Shown piece by piece: positions 9,028 through 19,700 of a stretch of DNA of 64,000 bases. Origin of the DNA: Carpediemonas membranifera BICM (taxonomy: Eukaryota > Protista > Fornicata). Every line of letters starts with the position of its first letter. Position 1 is the first letter of the stretch. The notes under the pieces are model-generated. The model was not told the DNA's origin and ran no database searches. It saw only the letters and a program-made list of their open reading frames with translations. The position numbers were made by a program, and so were the translations under genes. The stretch covers positions 843,342 to 907,341 of the forward strand of contig JAHDYR010000005.1 in NCBI GenBank assembly GCA_019828565.1, given 5' to 3'.

Positions 9028-12000
9028 TCAGCGGCCATCCCAGCCGAGCTCTGCGGACGACACGATCACCCGACGCATAGCCGCCGAGTTCGCCGTACGG
9101 GGCACATGTATGGTACGAAGGCCTCGGTAAACGCGGCGGTGACAGTCGGATACGACTTCAACGGCCTCGGCCTCGTACCGCCCTCCGAAGACATGCTGGA
9201 CGAACCTAAATCGCGCTCTGTCCTCCTCGAGGGCGGCTAGTAGCGCCGCTCGCACAGTCGAGTCATCCTCGTCGAACCGGAGTGCGGCGTCGATCGCCGC
9301 AATGGAGGGGCGACTGGGCCTCAGAAGCAGCGCCTCGAGGTGGGCGACCGACATGCTCGACAGCCGATCCCCCAGGCCCGTGCGGACAGCGGCCATGCGG
9401 TCAGTGTAGCGCTTGACAACCTCTTCCTCAAACGCCTCCACATCGCCCTCGAACCCATCCAGGGGACACAGCTGCATGGCCTCCGCGACGGACGACTGCA
9501 GCGCCCCGTGGACTGTGGGCATGATCTGATCCAGCCCGACCTTGTGGCCGCTGAGTGCAGTGAGCCACGCCCGGTCGACCATGTGGCCGGGCAGCCGGAT
9601 GCCGTCGAGCAGGCAAAGGCCGAGCATGCGACCAAGGCCGACTAGCACTGGGTGGAGCTCATCCATAGGGACGTCCATGGCCGCTGGGGAGAACAGGAGA
9701 GTGTCATTGCGGAACGAAGGCGCCGTTGATCCAATACATGTCGCCGGGACTGCATCGACCAGGGCGGACAGCTTGCACGCCGCCTCCTGACCCGAGAACA
9801 TCACAGGCGCCGCGAACACGTCCTTGGCACGGGACCCGAGGGCTGTGAGCGTGCTGACGACATCGGCTAGGGCTACGGACACCGCTGGGTCATGCATGCT
9901 GCGGCGGGCGTGGTCTAGCTTGGCCATTGCCTCTGCAGCACCGTTCGTGAAGCCGGGGTTGACTGCCTCGAAAGTTGAATGGGCTAGCGCGCGGCGGGCG
10001 GACCAGCGGGAGTCGGGCGACGTCGTGAGAAGGCCCGTGATGACGTCCGTGAGGGCCTCGGGCACCTTCACCGTCTCCAATAGGGCCGTCGTGAGCTTAC
10101 TGCCGGTCAGGTTGCTCCTCATCGTCGTCAGCAGCTGACCGCAGAACGACACCGAGTCCTTCGCCAGGGCAGACAAGAAGACGAGCCCGGCCCTGAAGAC
10201 GTCGGCCGCACGGGCGTGGGCGAAGGATGCTGGGGTGGCGTGGAGCTCGGCCGGCGAGATGAACGCATGCTCAGTGGTGTCGGCCTGGTCGTCGTCGTCA
10301 GGCCCGGACGTGGGCTCGAAGCCGACGAGCACGGGCACGCCAGCCCGGAGACGGACGTTGTTTGGCTTGAGGTCGCGGTGGCACACACCCGCGCAGTGCA
10401 AGTCGTGTATCGCGGTGAGCAGGCCGTGGAGGATGTCTCTAGGGGCAGCTCTGGGGCGACCTGGCCCGAGGCTGTCGGGCAGATACTCCGTCACCAGCGT
10501 GCATGCGCCGTTCTCCACCTCAACGATGACATGGCGCAGGACAGGTACGGCAGGGCTATGGACCATGCGGCGGCCCAGGACGTCGAGATCAGTCTCCAGA
10601 AAGGGTCTGGACGCGGTGTCAAGGCTGAACGTCTTGGCAAAGAGCGTCTCGCCGTTGTGGCGGACGACCTGGCACTTCGAGGTGGCCTGCACGGTCGACT
10701 GTGGCGTGAAGTCGGCCAATACAAGGTCAGGCCTCAGTTCCTGCATGCCCAGCAGATGCCCGAGTCCGGCGTTCCGGAGTCCGGACGCGTACTTGGCTGC
10801 AGTCGCTCTCCGGCCCTTGAGCTCGGGGCAGAACGCCATGAGCTGGGGCGTGCACATGGCGGTGGTCTCCTCCGCGTCCTCAATCGCCAGCATCACACGG
10901 TCGAGCTGGGTCTTGGCGTCGGCAAGCTGGCCAGTCAGCTTCTTGCGGCTGAGATATTCAATATCCGCCTGAAGCTCGGCCGCGGCGACCTTGAGCTCGC
11001 GCACGTCGGCCAGGGGGACCTGTTGGACCAGCAACGCCTCGTCGAAGGCCTTGAGGTGCTCCTGGCCCTCGGCAATCAGGTCCTTCAGCCGCCCCACCGT
11101 TTCCTCCAGGGCAGTGGTGTCATCGCCCCGCTCCACGGCAGCGGTGGCCCAGTCCCACTTGGCACGGAGCTCGGGCCGGAGGAAGTCACGGAGGTCCTTG
11201 TACCGCTCCCGGAATTCGGTCCGGATCACCTCTAGCGCTGGGCGATCGACCTCGGTGTCTGCATCGGCCAGGATCTGGGCCATCTCGTCCGGCTCAGGCA
11301 TTGACTCGGGCTCAAACTCCCGGGTCTCCTCGATGACTGTGGTCGCAGCCTTGAAATCGGCCTTGACCCACTTGACTCTAGCGGTCAGCCCCTCGATGTC
11401 GTGCTCGGCCTCAGCTATCACACGCTGGTATTCATGGCGGCGGGCAACGGTGTCGGCCCGGACAGCGGCGAGCCGGGCGTGGTAACGAGCAAGTGACGGC
11501 GTGGGCGTGGGTACGGGGTCGACTGGATCGGGCGAGGTCAGCAGTGGGTGGCCGTGAAGCATGTCCGCGACCGACGCGGCCCTTGTGACGGCGGGTAATC
11601 GAATGTCGTCCGGGGCCGTGTGCAGGCCGACCATCTGACGCTTGAGGGCGATGACGTCAGCCTGCAGGTCTCTGATCCTCCACTGGAGATCGACCTTGCT
11701 CTCCTTAAAGCAGGACTCGTTCAGCTGGTCGGCGACGGCCTGTACGCCTTTGCTCCGTGGGTTGACGTTGAACTGGTCGTTGGCGAGCGTCACCAGGCAC
11801 TTCGGGTCCACTAGTTTCACCTCAAATGACCTGGGGGCGATGCCCTCGGCCTCGATATGCGCTGCAACGGCCTTGAGGTCGTCGAGGCTGAGGCCGACCC
11901 TGCCGGGTGGGGCCAGACGGAAGGCGGTCGCCTTGCCGATGGGCTGGCCGCACAGGTTCTTAACCATCGCCTGCACGTGCTGCCGGTTGACGCTGTCGAG

Positions 12001-13125
12001 CAGGGCGTGGGCTTCCTCGTCCGACGCTGTCGGGACCACTTTCGTGTCGTCCGCCTGCACGCTGATCGACCAGAGCTTGACGGCCTTGTCCCGAGAGCAG
12101 CAGCAGAGTGTGCGGCCGTCCGGACTGAAGTTGACGCTGTAAACCTGCTCGCTGTACGCCTCGATGGCCCTGAACGTGTCCCCCGTTGCCGCTGAGGACA
12201 GCCGCACCGTCGTGTCACTGGAGGCCGTGGCGATGGTGTCGTTGTCCTCTCCGATGGCCACCGCCTGGATGGCGTCCGTGTGGCCCTCGATCGTCCTGTG
12301 CAGCCTGCCCGTTGCCGCGACCCACACCTTGCAGGTCTCGTCATCTGAGCCCGAGACGATGAACTCGCCATTCGGGGAGTAGGCCACGCTGCTCACATAG
12401 CCCCTGTGGCCGTAGAGCGACCTGACACGGCGGCCCGAGGAGACGTTCCAGAGGGCGATGCTCTTGTCATACGACCCCGCCGCAATAGTCGCCCCGTCGG
12501 GGGAGAAGGCGACGCTGATGGCCAGACTGCCGTTGTTGATGACACGGATGCGCTCTCCAGTGGCCGCATCCCAGAGACTGATGGAACTGTCGTCGCACGT
12601 TGAGGCAAGTCGTTCTCCATTAGGTGAGAATGTGACACACCGGACAGCGTCACGGTGGGTGAGGGTGTGGAGGCACTGGCCCGTCTCTATGTCCCAGACG
12701 CAGACGGTCTGATCGTTCGAGGCAGTGGCAACGGTCGTTTCGGAGAACGTCACGTGGTTCACCGAGAACGAATGGGTGAGGGATCGAAGCAGATCACCCG
12801 TGTCCACGTCCCACAGGTTCACCGTCTTGTCCGTGCTGCATGAGGCTAGAATCGTCCCGTCGCGCGAGAAGGCGATGCTGGTGACGTGTCCGACGTCGGC
12901 TAGCTTTCTAAGGAGCTCGCCGGTGGAACTGCGCCAAAGCATGATGCTTCTATCACTGCTGCCTGTAGCAATAAGCTTGTCCTTTCTGGGGCTCATAGCG
13001 ACGCTATTGACTGATCTACGATGTCCGAGGTTCAAGACGGACGCGAGGCCGTTCTTGCCGACAATTTCGATGGCGCTGTTGCTTTTGATGATGGCTTTCA
13101 GCTCGCTGGTACTCCGAGCTTCCAT
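9028..13125 (-). CDS. WD40 propeller, coiled coil, probable pseudokinase and degenerate HECT-like C-terminus
   Basis: About 8 GH...WD repeats at the N-terminus. Kinase motifs LFAK and HRDLKPNN are present but DFG is replaced by GFE. C-terminal LGRMLGLCLLDG and RFRFVQHVFG resemble HECT motifs. Confidence 0.8.
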   Translation of the reverse strand: MEARSTSELKAIIKSNSAIEIVGKNGLASVLNLGHRRSVNSVAMSPRKDKLIATGSSDRSIMLWRSSTGELLRKLADVGHVTSIAFSRDGTILASCSTDKTVNLWDVDTGDLLRSLTHSFSVNHVTFSETTVATASNDQTVCVWDIETGQCLHTLTHRDAVRCVTFSPNGERLASTCDDSSISLWDAATGERIRVINNGSLAISVAFSPDGATIAAGSYDKSIALWNVSSGRRVRSLYGHRGYVSSVAYSPNGEFIVSGSDDETCKVWVAATGRLHRTIEGHTDAIQAVAIGEDNDTIATASSDTTVRLSSAATGDTFRAIEAYSEQVYSVNFSPDGRTLCCCSRDKAVKLWSISVQADDTKVVPTASDEEAHALLDSVNRQHVQAMVKNLCGQPIGKATAFRLAPPGRVGLSLDDLKAVAAHIEAEGIAPRSFEVKLVDPKCLVTLANDQFNVNPRSKGVQAVADQLNESCFKESKVDLQWRIRDLQADVIALKRQMVGLHTAPDDIRLPAVTRAASVADMLHGHPLLTSPDPVDPVPTPTPSLARYHARLAAVRADTVARRHEYQRVIAEAEHDIEGLTARVKWVKADFKAATTVIEETREFEPESMPEPDEMAQILADADTEVDRPALEVIRTEFRERYKDLRDFLRPELRAKWDWATAAVERGDDTTALEETVGRLKDLIAEGQEHLKAFDEALLVQQVPLADVRELKVAAAELQADIEYLSRKKLTGQLADAKTQLDRVMLAIEDAEETTAMCTPQLMAFCPELKGRRATAAKYASGLRNAGLGHLLGMQELRPDLVLADFTPQSTVQATSKCQVVRHNGETLFAKTFSLDTASRPFLETDLDVLGRRMVHSPAVPVLRHVIVEVENGACTLVTEYLPDSLGPGRPRAAPRDILHGLLTAIHDLHCAGVCHRDLKPNNVRLRAGVPVLVGFEPTSGPDDDDQADTTEHAFISPAELHATPASFAHARAADVFRAGLVFLSALAKDSVSFCGQLLTTMRSNLTGSKLTTALLETVKVPEALTDVITGLLTTSPDSRWSARRALAHSTFEAVNPGFTNGAAEAMAKLDHARRSMHDPAVSVALADVVSTLTALGSRAKDVFAAPVMFSGQEAACKLSALVDAVPATCIGSTAPSFRNDTLLFSPAAMDVPMDELHPVLVGLGRMLGLCLLDGIRLPGHMVDRAWLTALSGHKVGLDQIMPTVHGALQSSVAEAMQLCPLDGFEGDVEAFEEEVVKRYTDRMAAVRTGLGDRLSSMSVAHLEALLLRPSRPSIAAIDAALRFDEDDSTVRAALLAALEEDRARFRFVQHVFGGRYEAEAVEVVSDCHRRVYRGLRTIHVPRTANSAAMRRVIVSSAELGWDGR

Positions 13126-13270
13126 GCTAGCGGTGTGATCACTGTGTAGTGTCCTTCTTTACGATGTGACGACGGCTTGAGAAATTTGTGGAAGAATCTA
13201 GCAGCCGACAAGATCGCATCCACCAGGCGTCTGCCACCATCGTAACCGACCCAGGGCCGTGGATCTGTAT

Positions 13271-16200
13271 TTACAGCATCTGGTAGCCGCCCTGATGGGC
13301 CAGGTCCCGGCGAGCCCTCCTCAGGCTCTTCACCGTCTGGTCCATTGTTGGCCGGGCCTCCGCTTCATGGGCCCAGCACCGCTTGATAATATCCGCAATG
13401 GGCCCTGGGACGCCCGTGAGAGCGGGCCTGTCGCCCTTCAGCATACGGCTCTGGACCACGAACGACGAGCCCTCCTCCTCGAACGGCTGCTGTCCGGAGA
13501 AGAGCGCGAACAGCGTCATGCCGAAGGAGAAGACGTCTGTTGACGCGGCGTAACTCTTTCCAGCCAAGACCTCGGGGCTACTGTACCCCACCGTGCCGAT
13601 GTTGGTCATCGTCATGGCCTTCTTCGACACCGCCAGCCCAAAGTCGCCAATCTTGCCCACAACGCTGTTGGCCTTCGTGCTCTGCTTGTTGTGTGTCAGA
13701 ACACCAACGAAGAAGTTGTCGGGCTTGATGTCGCGGTGGATGACGCCTCTCGAGTGGATGAAGGCGAGACCCTCGCCGCAATCAATGAGCAAATCAACGA
13801 GCTTGGCGTGGCTGTATGTCCCATCGCTCTTCATCTTGGCGACGTACTTATCGAGGCTCCCGAACGGGCAGTACTCAGTGAGCAGGTGGACCACACCGTC
13901 GATGATGGTCGCCCCGAGAAATGGCACGACGCTCCTGTGCCGCAGAGACACCATGTGCAGGGCTTCTCGGGCGAACTCGTCCATGGACTGCGGGTCTGCT
14001 TGGAGCATCGGGTGAAGCCGCTTGAGGCAGACGATGCCCGCACCGTAGGCGGCCACGGACACTGTGCCGAAGCCGCCCGAGGCGATGGTGTGGACCTCGG
14101 TTACTGCGGAGGGTGGGATGTAGAAGTCGATGATCGAGCGGTAGAGGTCGTTCTGGACGTCAGCGCCGATCTTCATCAGTTCGCCCTTGGCCTTGGTGCG
14201 GAGCTTTGACTGTGTCTTCCGTCTGAGCTGGCGCCGACCCAGCCCGAGGCCCGTGGCCGTGCAGCAGCACAGGCAGCAGAGTAGGACGGCTAAGACGGCC
14301 AGGATCACGAGGATGGCGGCAGGGGCGGCGAGCACCACGTAGGGGAAGCTGTCCGGCGTCCCATTGCCCGGGGTCTGACCGGACCGCTTCACCTGACCCG
14401 TGACGACTCTGACCGAGTCGAAGCGGATGTCCAGGGTCACTTCATCGCCCAGACTGCCGAGGGGGTCGACATCGATGCACAGCTCGCTCTCATGGGCGTA
14501 AGGGGAAAAGTTCTGACCGCCCAATGTCACGTGGAAGCCGGCCGCCGACTTCACCACCAGGTCTTCGAAGGGGACACACAAGGTCGAGGCCACCGTATAG
14601 GTCTCAGGCAGTGTGGGGGTGAAGGCCTTCAGGGCGGCAGCTGTGGCTGTGGTGTTGCTGAGACACCTCACGGCGGCCATCGAACCAGCGTACTCGGCTG
14701 CCCACGTCATCAGGGGAAACAGCTCGGCCCCCGGGAACCGCACCTCGCCGGGGCAGACGGGAGAGATCACCGAGTACGACAGCACGCCCTTGTCGAGGGT
14801 GGCCGGCTGAGTCGGCTTGAAGTCGAACGACTTGGTCGTGAGGTACTTGCAGTCGTAGCTTGGCTCGAGGCCCCTGTCGACATTCACAGTCACGTCGAGC
14901 TCCTTGTTGGCCCCCAGGCTGTCCTGGCCAACTACGGGGACTAGGAGGGTCACCCCATGACCGGCGTCGGCCTCGAGGCACCTGGTGTGGTTGAATGACG
15001 CACCTGCTTCCCTCCCCATCGTGGCAGAGCTGTTGAAGTACAGCATGGCGCCCTTGCTCTCCAGGGGGACTACCGTCCAGCACTGGGCGAACCCCTCGGC
15101 CCCACCGGGCGTGCCCTTGCCCAGCGGACACGAATCGCACTCGGCCTGGCCTGTCTTGGCCTGGTACTTGCCGGTGTTACACGGCATCGGGGCGGTGTGT
15201 GGCTTGCCGTCCGCCGGGACGACGTAACCCGCGGGTGCCGGGACACACGTGGGGGATGACGCCCTGTAGCGGCCATTGTCGCACAGCTGGCACAGCTGGC
15301 CTGGGGCAGACGCCGTGCCGTATCCCGCCCCGCACTCAAGCGTGAACACGGACAGTGCGGTGCTGTTGCCGACTGCAACAGTTGCGCCGTCGATCCAACG
15401 GAGGAGAAGCGGGGTAACCGTCCCCACAGCGAGCGGCATGACCGCTGAGACCCCGCTGCCATCGGTCAGGAATGTGCTAAGTGACTGCTCATCGCTGGTC
15501 GAGTCGAGGGCGACCACAACCCCGTCATAAAGGTCGACCACATCACCGACGTGGGGCGCCGAGTCGTTGCTCAGCCTGACCGCCACCACACCGTCGAGAA
15601 GATCGTCCATGGACTCGTACATGTCCACCCTCGCATCGAGGGCGGGCGCACCGACAGCAACGCGGCCGTCTGCGGCGATTGAGATGGAGGCGCCCCAGCG
15701 GCTGTTGAGATTATCGGGGTTAGTGAGGGCTACGTCGTCAGGGTGGACGCTGTGGTCGTTGTTACCCGTAAAGTTGAACATGATGATGCCGAAGTTGTTT
15801 GGGTCATTCATGTTTGACACAGACATCAGCACCGTCGCCTCCCTGCCGACGGCGACAGGCTTAGACCGCAGCACGAGGTCCTGCACCCCCTCGTAGTAGG
15901 TCTGCTGGACGTAGTCCTGGAAATTACGGGTGAACTGGTACGCCCTCGTCGTGTCGTAGTACAATGTGATGAACGCCTCCTCATTCTGGGACGAACTGCT
16001 CCCCACAGCAAGAAAGTACTCGTCCATGGCCACTGTGTCGCCCCACACCATCGAGCGAGTGGACCCAGGCTCGTTGTGGAACAGAACGGGGCAGGACGTC
16101 GAGAGGCGGTACACCGTCACTGCTCGGGAGATGCTGGCGGTGGAGTGGACCACAGCCACCGCATCGCTCGTCATCGCCAGGCTGTAGATCTTGCCGGGCG

Positions 16201-16459
16201 CAACATTGGCGCATAACTTGCTCGGCTCGGATGTTGCAGCGGAGAAGATTGCCAGTCGGTCGGAGGTGGATGACGGGTCGCTGATAGCTAGAACCAGCAG
16301 CTTACCGTCAGATGCCATCGCACCGAACTTCATTCCGTCTGGAGGGCTAATGTTCCGGTCAGGAGCAAGCTTCCATGTGCCAACAGCATCGGAAGAGGCC
16401 ACAGCGCTTACATTGACGAACAACCACAGTGCTACAGCAAATATCACTAGAGAACGCAT
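13271..16459 (-). CDS. Receptor-like TKL-type protein kinase (signal peptide, beta-rich and Cys-rich ectodomain, TM helix, kinase)
   Basis: Signal peptide MRSLVIFAVALWLF; CxxC..G.Y repeats (GCC2/GCC3-like); TM VVLAAPAAILVILAVLAVLL followed by a Cys cluster; kinase motifs IASGGFGTV, HRDIKPDN, DFG and GTVGYSSPE. Confidence 0.9.
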   Translation of the reverse strand: MRSLVIFAVALWLFVNVSAVASSDAVGTWKLAPDRNISPPDGMKFGAMASDGKLLVLAISDPSSTSDRLAIFSAATSEPSKLCANVAPGKIYSLAMTSDAVAVVHSTASISRAVTVYRLSTSCPVLFHNEPGSTRSMVWGDTVAMDEYFLAVGSSSSQNEEAFITLYYDTTRAYQFTRNFQDYVQQTYYEGVQDLVLRSKPVAVGREATVLMSVSNMNDPNNFGIIMFNFTGNNDHSVHPDDVALTNPDNLNSRWGASISIAADGRVAVGAPALDARVDMYESMDDLLDGVVAVRLSNDSAPHVGDVVDLYDGVVVALDSTSDEQSLSTFLTDGSGVSAVMPLAVGTVTPLLLRWIDGATVAVGNSTALSVFTLECGAGYGTASAPGQLCQLCDNGRYRASSPTCVPAPAGYVVPADGKPHTAPMPCNTGKYQAKTGQAECDSCPLGKGTPGGAEGFAQCWTVVPLESKGAMLYFNSSATMGREAGASFNHTRCLEADAGHGVTLLVPVVGQDSLGANKELDVTVNVDRGLEPSYDCKYLTTKSFDFKPTQPATLDKGVLSYSVISPVCPGEVRFPGAELFPLMTWAAEYAGSMAAVRCLSNTTATAAALKAFTPTLPETYTVASTLCVPFEDLVVKSAAGFHVTLGGQNFSPYAHESELCIDVDPLGSLGDEVTLDIRFDSVRVVTGQVKRSGQTPGNGTPDSFPYVVLAAPAAILVILAVLAVLLCCLCCCTATGLGLGRRQLRRKTQSKLRTKAKGELMKIGADVQNDLYRSIIDFYIPPSAVTEVHTIASGGFGTVSVAAYGAGIVCLKRLHPMLQADPQSMDEFAREALHMVSLRHRSVVPFLGATIIDGVVHLLTEYCPFGSLDKYVAKMKSDGTYSHAKLVDLLIDCGEGLAFIHSRGVIHRDIKPDNFFVGVLTHNKQSTKANSVVGKIGDFGLAVSKKAMTMTNIGTVGYSSPEVLAGKSYAASTDVFSFGMTLFALFSGQQPFEEEGSSFVVQSRMLKGDRPALTGVPGPIADIIKRCWAHEAEARPTMDQTVKSLRRARRDLAHQGGYQML

Positions 16460-16713
16460 GTACTGAGGTCTCGAGGGTGATACGCCCAGCTTCCTTTGAT
16501 GAGAGGGATCTCAACTCGAGATATGAGTCGCCACGACTCCACGCCACCGCTGCTCGCATGTGTCCACTAGCTGTCCTGGATAAGCTGCATTGGCCGTATG
16601 TTTGGCGCCATGGCAACTTTGGTATGACCCAACCCGATATTGCTGAACACGGGATCTGCTGCCTTATTGCTAACAGAACCGGGTTATTCACGAATTTACT
16701 CGATTTACCGCTC

Positions 16714-19700
16714 TCAGCTGATATATAGGCTGCTTGCAGCCACCACACCGACCCTGACGAGCCGGCCGGCCATCTCAAACGCACGGGCCAGCTGGACGTT
16801 GCCGAGGACATGGGCCGCGTTCTTCGCCTCCTTGCATGAGTCAGCCAGCCGGCACAGATGCTTCACCACGGCACCGGCGTCCTCGTCGGTCTCGCTGAGG
16901 GCCTCGTTCAGGGTGGCACCCATCGCCCAGCGATACGCCACATGGACGAGACCGGCGTTGACCGAGTCGGCAGAGTCGGTCGGTGTCGCGTGCTTGGTCT
17001 CGAGCTGGCTTACCTGGCCGGCAACTGTGGTGACGATGTCAACAGCATCCCGGACGGAGTGTGACACGGAATCGGGCCGGAACTCGTTGAAGCGGTCGTA
17101 CAGCAGCGCAGAGAGCGTGGCGGCGATCTCAGGCGGGGCGAGCCTGTCGAAGACGCCGGCCGTCATCAGCTCGACGGCGACCACCGGGGAGATGGACCCG
17201 AACTCGCAGGCCGCCCGCCCCTTGGGTGTGACTGCGTGGCGACTGTCGACGTACCCAAGATCACGCAGCACCGCGAGCCTCGACTCCAGCGCGGGCAGGG
17301 TCTGCAGGTTGTCGTCGGACAACACAGCCCGGAGCTCGCCCAGTCGAGCCGCGTCCGTCAGACGGTCCCTGTGTCGCGTGTAGCAGGCCGTGAAGTCGGG
17401 GCAACCGAACGTCGGGCTGGCCTGGAGCTCGCGCTCGATTGTCTCAAGCTCAGAAACGGCCAGGCCCCAGTCGAGGTCGCGGATCTTGTGGGATGTCAGC
17501 GGGACGACCGTAAGATCGTCGAGGAGTGGTGCCAGGGCTGTCCGAGCAGCGGTGGTCGTGGCACGCGATATCTCGTACGGGGGCACCTCGTTGGTCGGCA
17601 CTCTCTTGTTGGTCAGGCCCCTGACCGCTGGGGCTGGGACCATCCGGACGGCGGCCTTACACTCCGCCAGATTCCTGCTGTCGACCTGGGGCATGAAGAG
17701 GTTGGCGAACCCTGTCAGTGTCTGCCCGGCATCGTCGGGGGGGCGGATTGTGACACAGGGCACGTCATCGCCCAGGCTGTCGGGCTTTGCGAGGACAAGG
17801 GCGACGCAGCGCGTGTCGTCCGTGTCTGCGACGACGATGACCGCCCCCCTGTTGACACCCTCGAGCTCGGCCAGCCTGGGCCCGATACTGTCCGCGAGGA
17901 TGACCTCAGCGGCCTCCCGGGCCTGTGCGAACTGACTCATGGCCGAGTCGTCGCCCCTGCCGCACACGGGGCAGGCGGGGGCGGCCTCGATGACGGCAAG
18001 CTCGGCCTCAAGCTCGTCGCGCTCCTTCTCGAGCGTGCCCCTGTCGCGCATGGTGCGGAACTCCCCGAACGACCGTTTGAGGATGTCCCGGACGGCCCAG
18101 CCCTGTGCACGAAGCAGGTTTAGGATAGACGAGTACGGCAGCCGGAACTGGGACTCCAGGCGCTGCGGGGCCCCGCTGAGGAGGTGCTGCAGACGGGCCA
18201 TGCCGATGTCGCGGTCACGGGCTTCCAACGTGATGAACACGTGCCCGACGGCGTCGAGTCCCCGTCTACCTGCCCGGCCGGCCATCTGGATGAACTCTGC
18301 CGGGTGGAGGTCCCTGGCCCCCGACCCGTCGTGCTTGATGATGGAGTTGAAGACGACAGTGCGGGCGGGCATATTGACTCCCATGGCGAAGGTCTCGGTC
18401 GCCAACAGCACCTTAATGAGGCCCTCGCTGAACAGCATCTCCACCGCCTCCTTCAAGAAGGGCAGCATCCCGGCGTGGTGGATGCCGATGCCGCGGCACA
18501 GCAGGTCCTCGAGGTTGGCGGCCTGGGGTATCGCCCGGTCTCTCCCGTGGACCCCCGCCAGGAGCTGCCCGATCCTCGCCTGGATATGATCTGATTCAGT
18601 GACGGTGGTGAATCGGATCGACCTCAGATCCGCGGCGATTTGCTCACACTTCCGTCGGCTGAAGCTGAACACGATAGCAGGCAGGTAGTGCTGGTCCCGG
18701 AGCTTCTCCATGAGGCCGGTCCACCGCACCATGTCGTTCACAGGCGCACCGGACGCCAGCAGCTTCTCCCTCTGCTTGAACGCGGCGTTGGCCTTGGAAT
18801 AGACCGCCGTGTCGAACTTGCCGTTGCCCCCGACAACGGTGAAGATCTCCCCACAGTACAGGCTGTACTCGAGGGGCACCTGGCGCTTGATCGTGTTCAC
18901 TAGGTACACGGGCCGGTCCCTTGTCCGACCGACCCACTCGCCGAACTCCATCGCGTTGGGGACTGTCGCAGAGAGTAGGACGAGGCGGACGGTGGGCGGC
19001 AGGAGCACGATGAGCTCCTCCCAGACGACACCGCGGGCCGCGTCGTTGAGGTAGTGGCATTCATCGAAGATGACCCACTCCACGTCCTTGATGAGCGTAG
19101 ACCCCTTGTACAGCAGGGACCGCAAGACCTCAGTCGTCATCACGGTCAGCGAGGCATCAGGTTTGAAAGTCGTGTCACCGGTGAGGATGCCGACGTCCTT
19201 AAATGTCTTCTTAAACTCTCTAAACTTCTGGTTCGAGAGGCTCTTGATCGGAGCCGTGTATATAGCCTTACCGCGGTGTCTCAGAGCCAGCGCGATGGCG
19301 TACTCCGCGACGACCGTGTTGTGGGTGACGGTCAGATCGCCCAGCAGGAACCGTCGGTTGCCGGAGAGTTCGAATCCGAAGTAGTCGCCGAACCCCGTCG
19401 GCGTGACAGTGAACGCGTACGTGGCACGGGCAGGATCGGAGTTGGCCGCCTGGTCGGATAGCGCCTCGGTGCGGAGGAAGGGCACAATCACTGCAGAGCC
19501 CGCCCTGAGGGCCACGGCGCCGGATCTCATGCGGACAGAGATACAGAGCGACCGGCAGATGCGGGTGAAGGTGTCGAGGACGGCGGGGTCGGCCACAGCG
19601 ACCGTGAGGCTGCCCGCCGCGTCCACGGCCCCGGCGACCATGGCCGAGCGGTGTTGCGGGGACTGCCAGGCGTCGGACACGGACAGCTGTGTGGCGTGGG

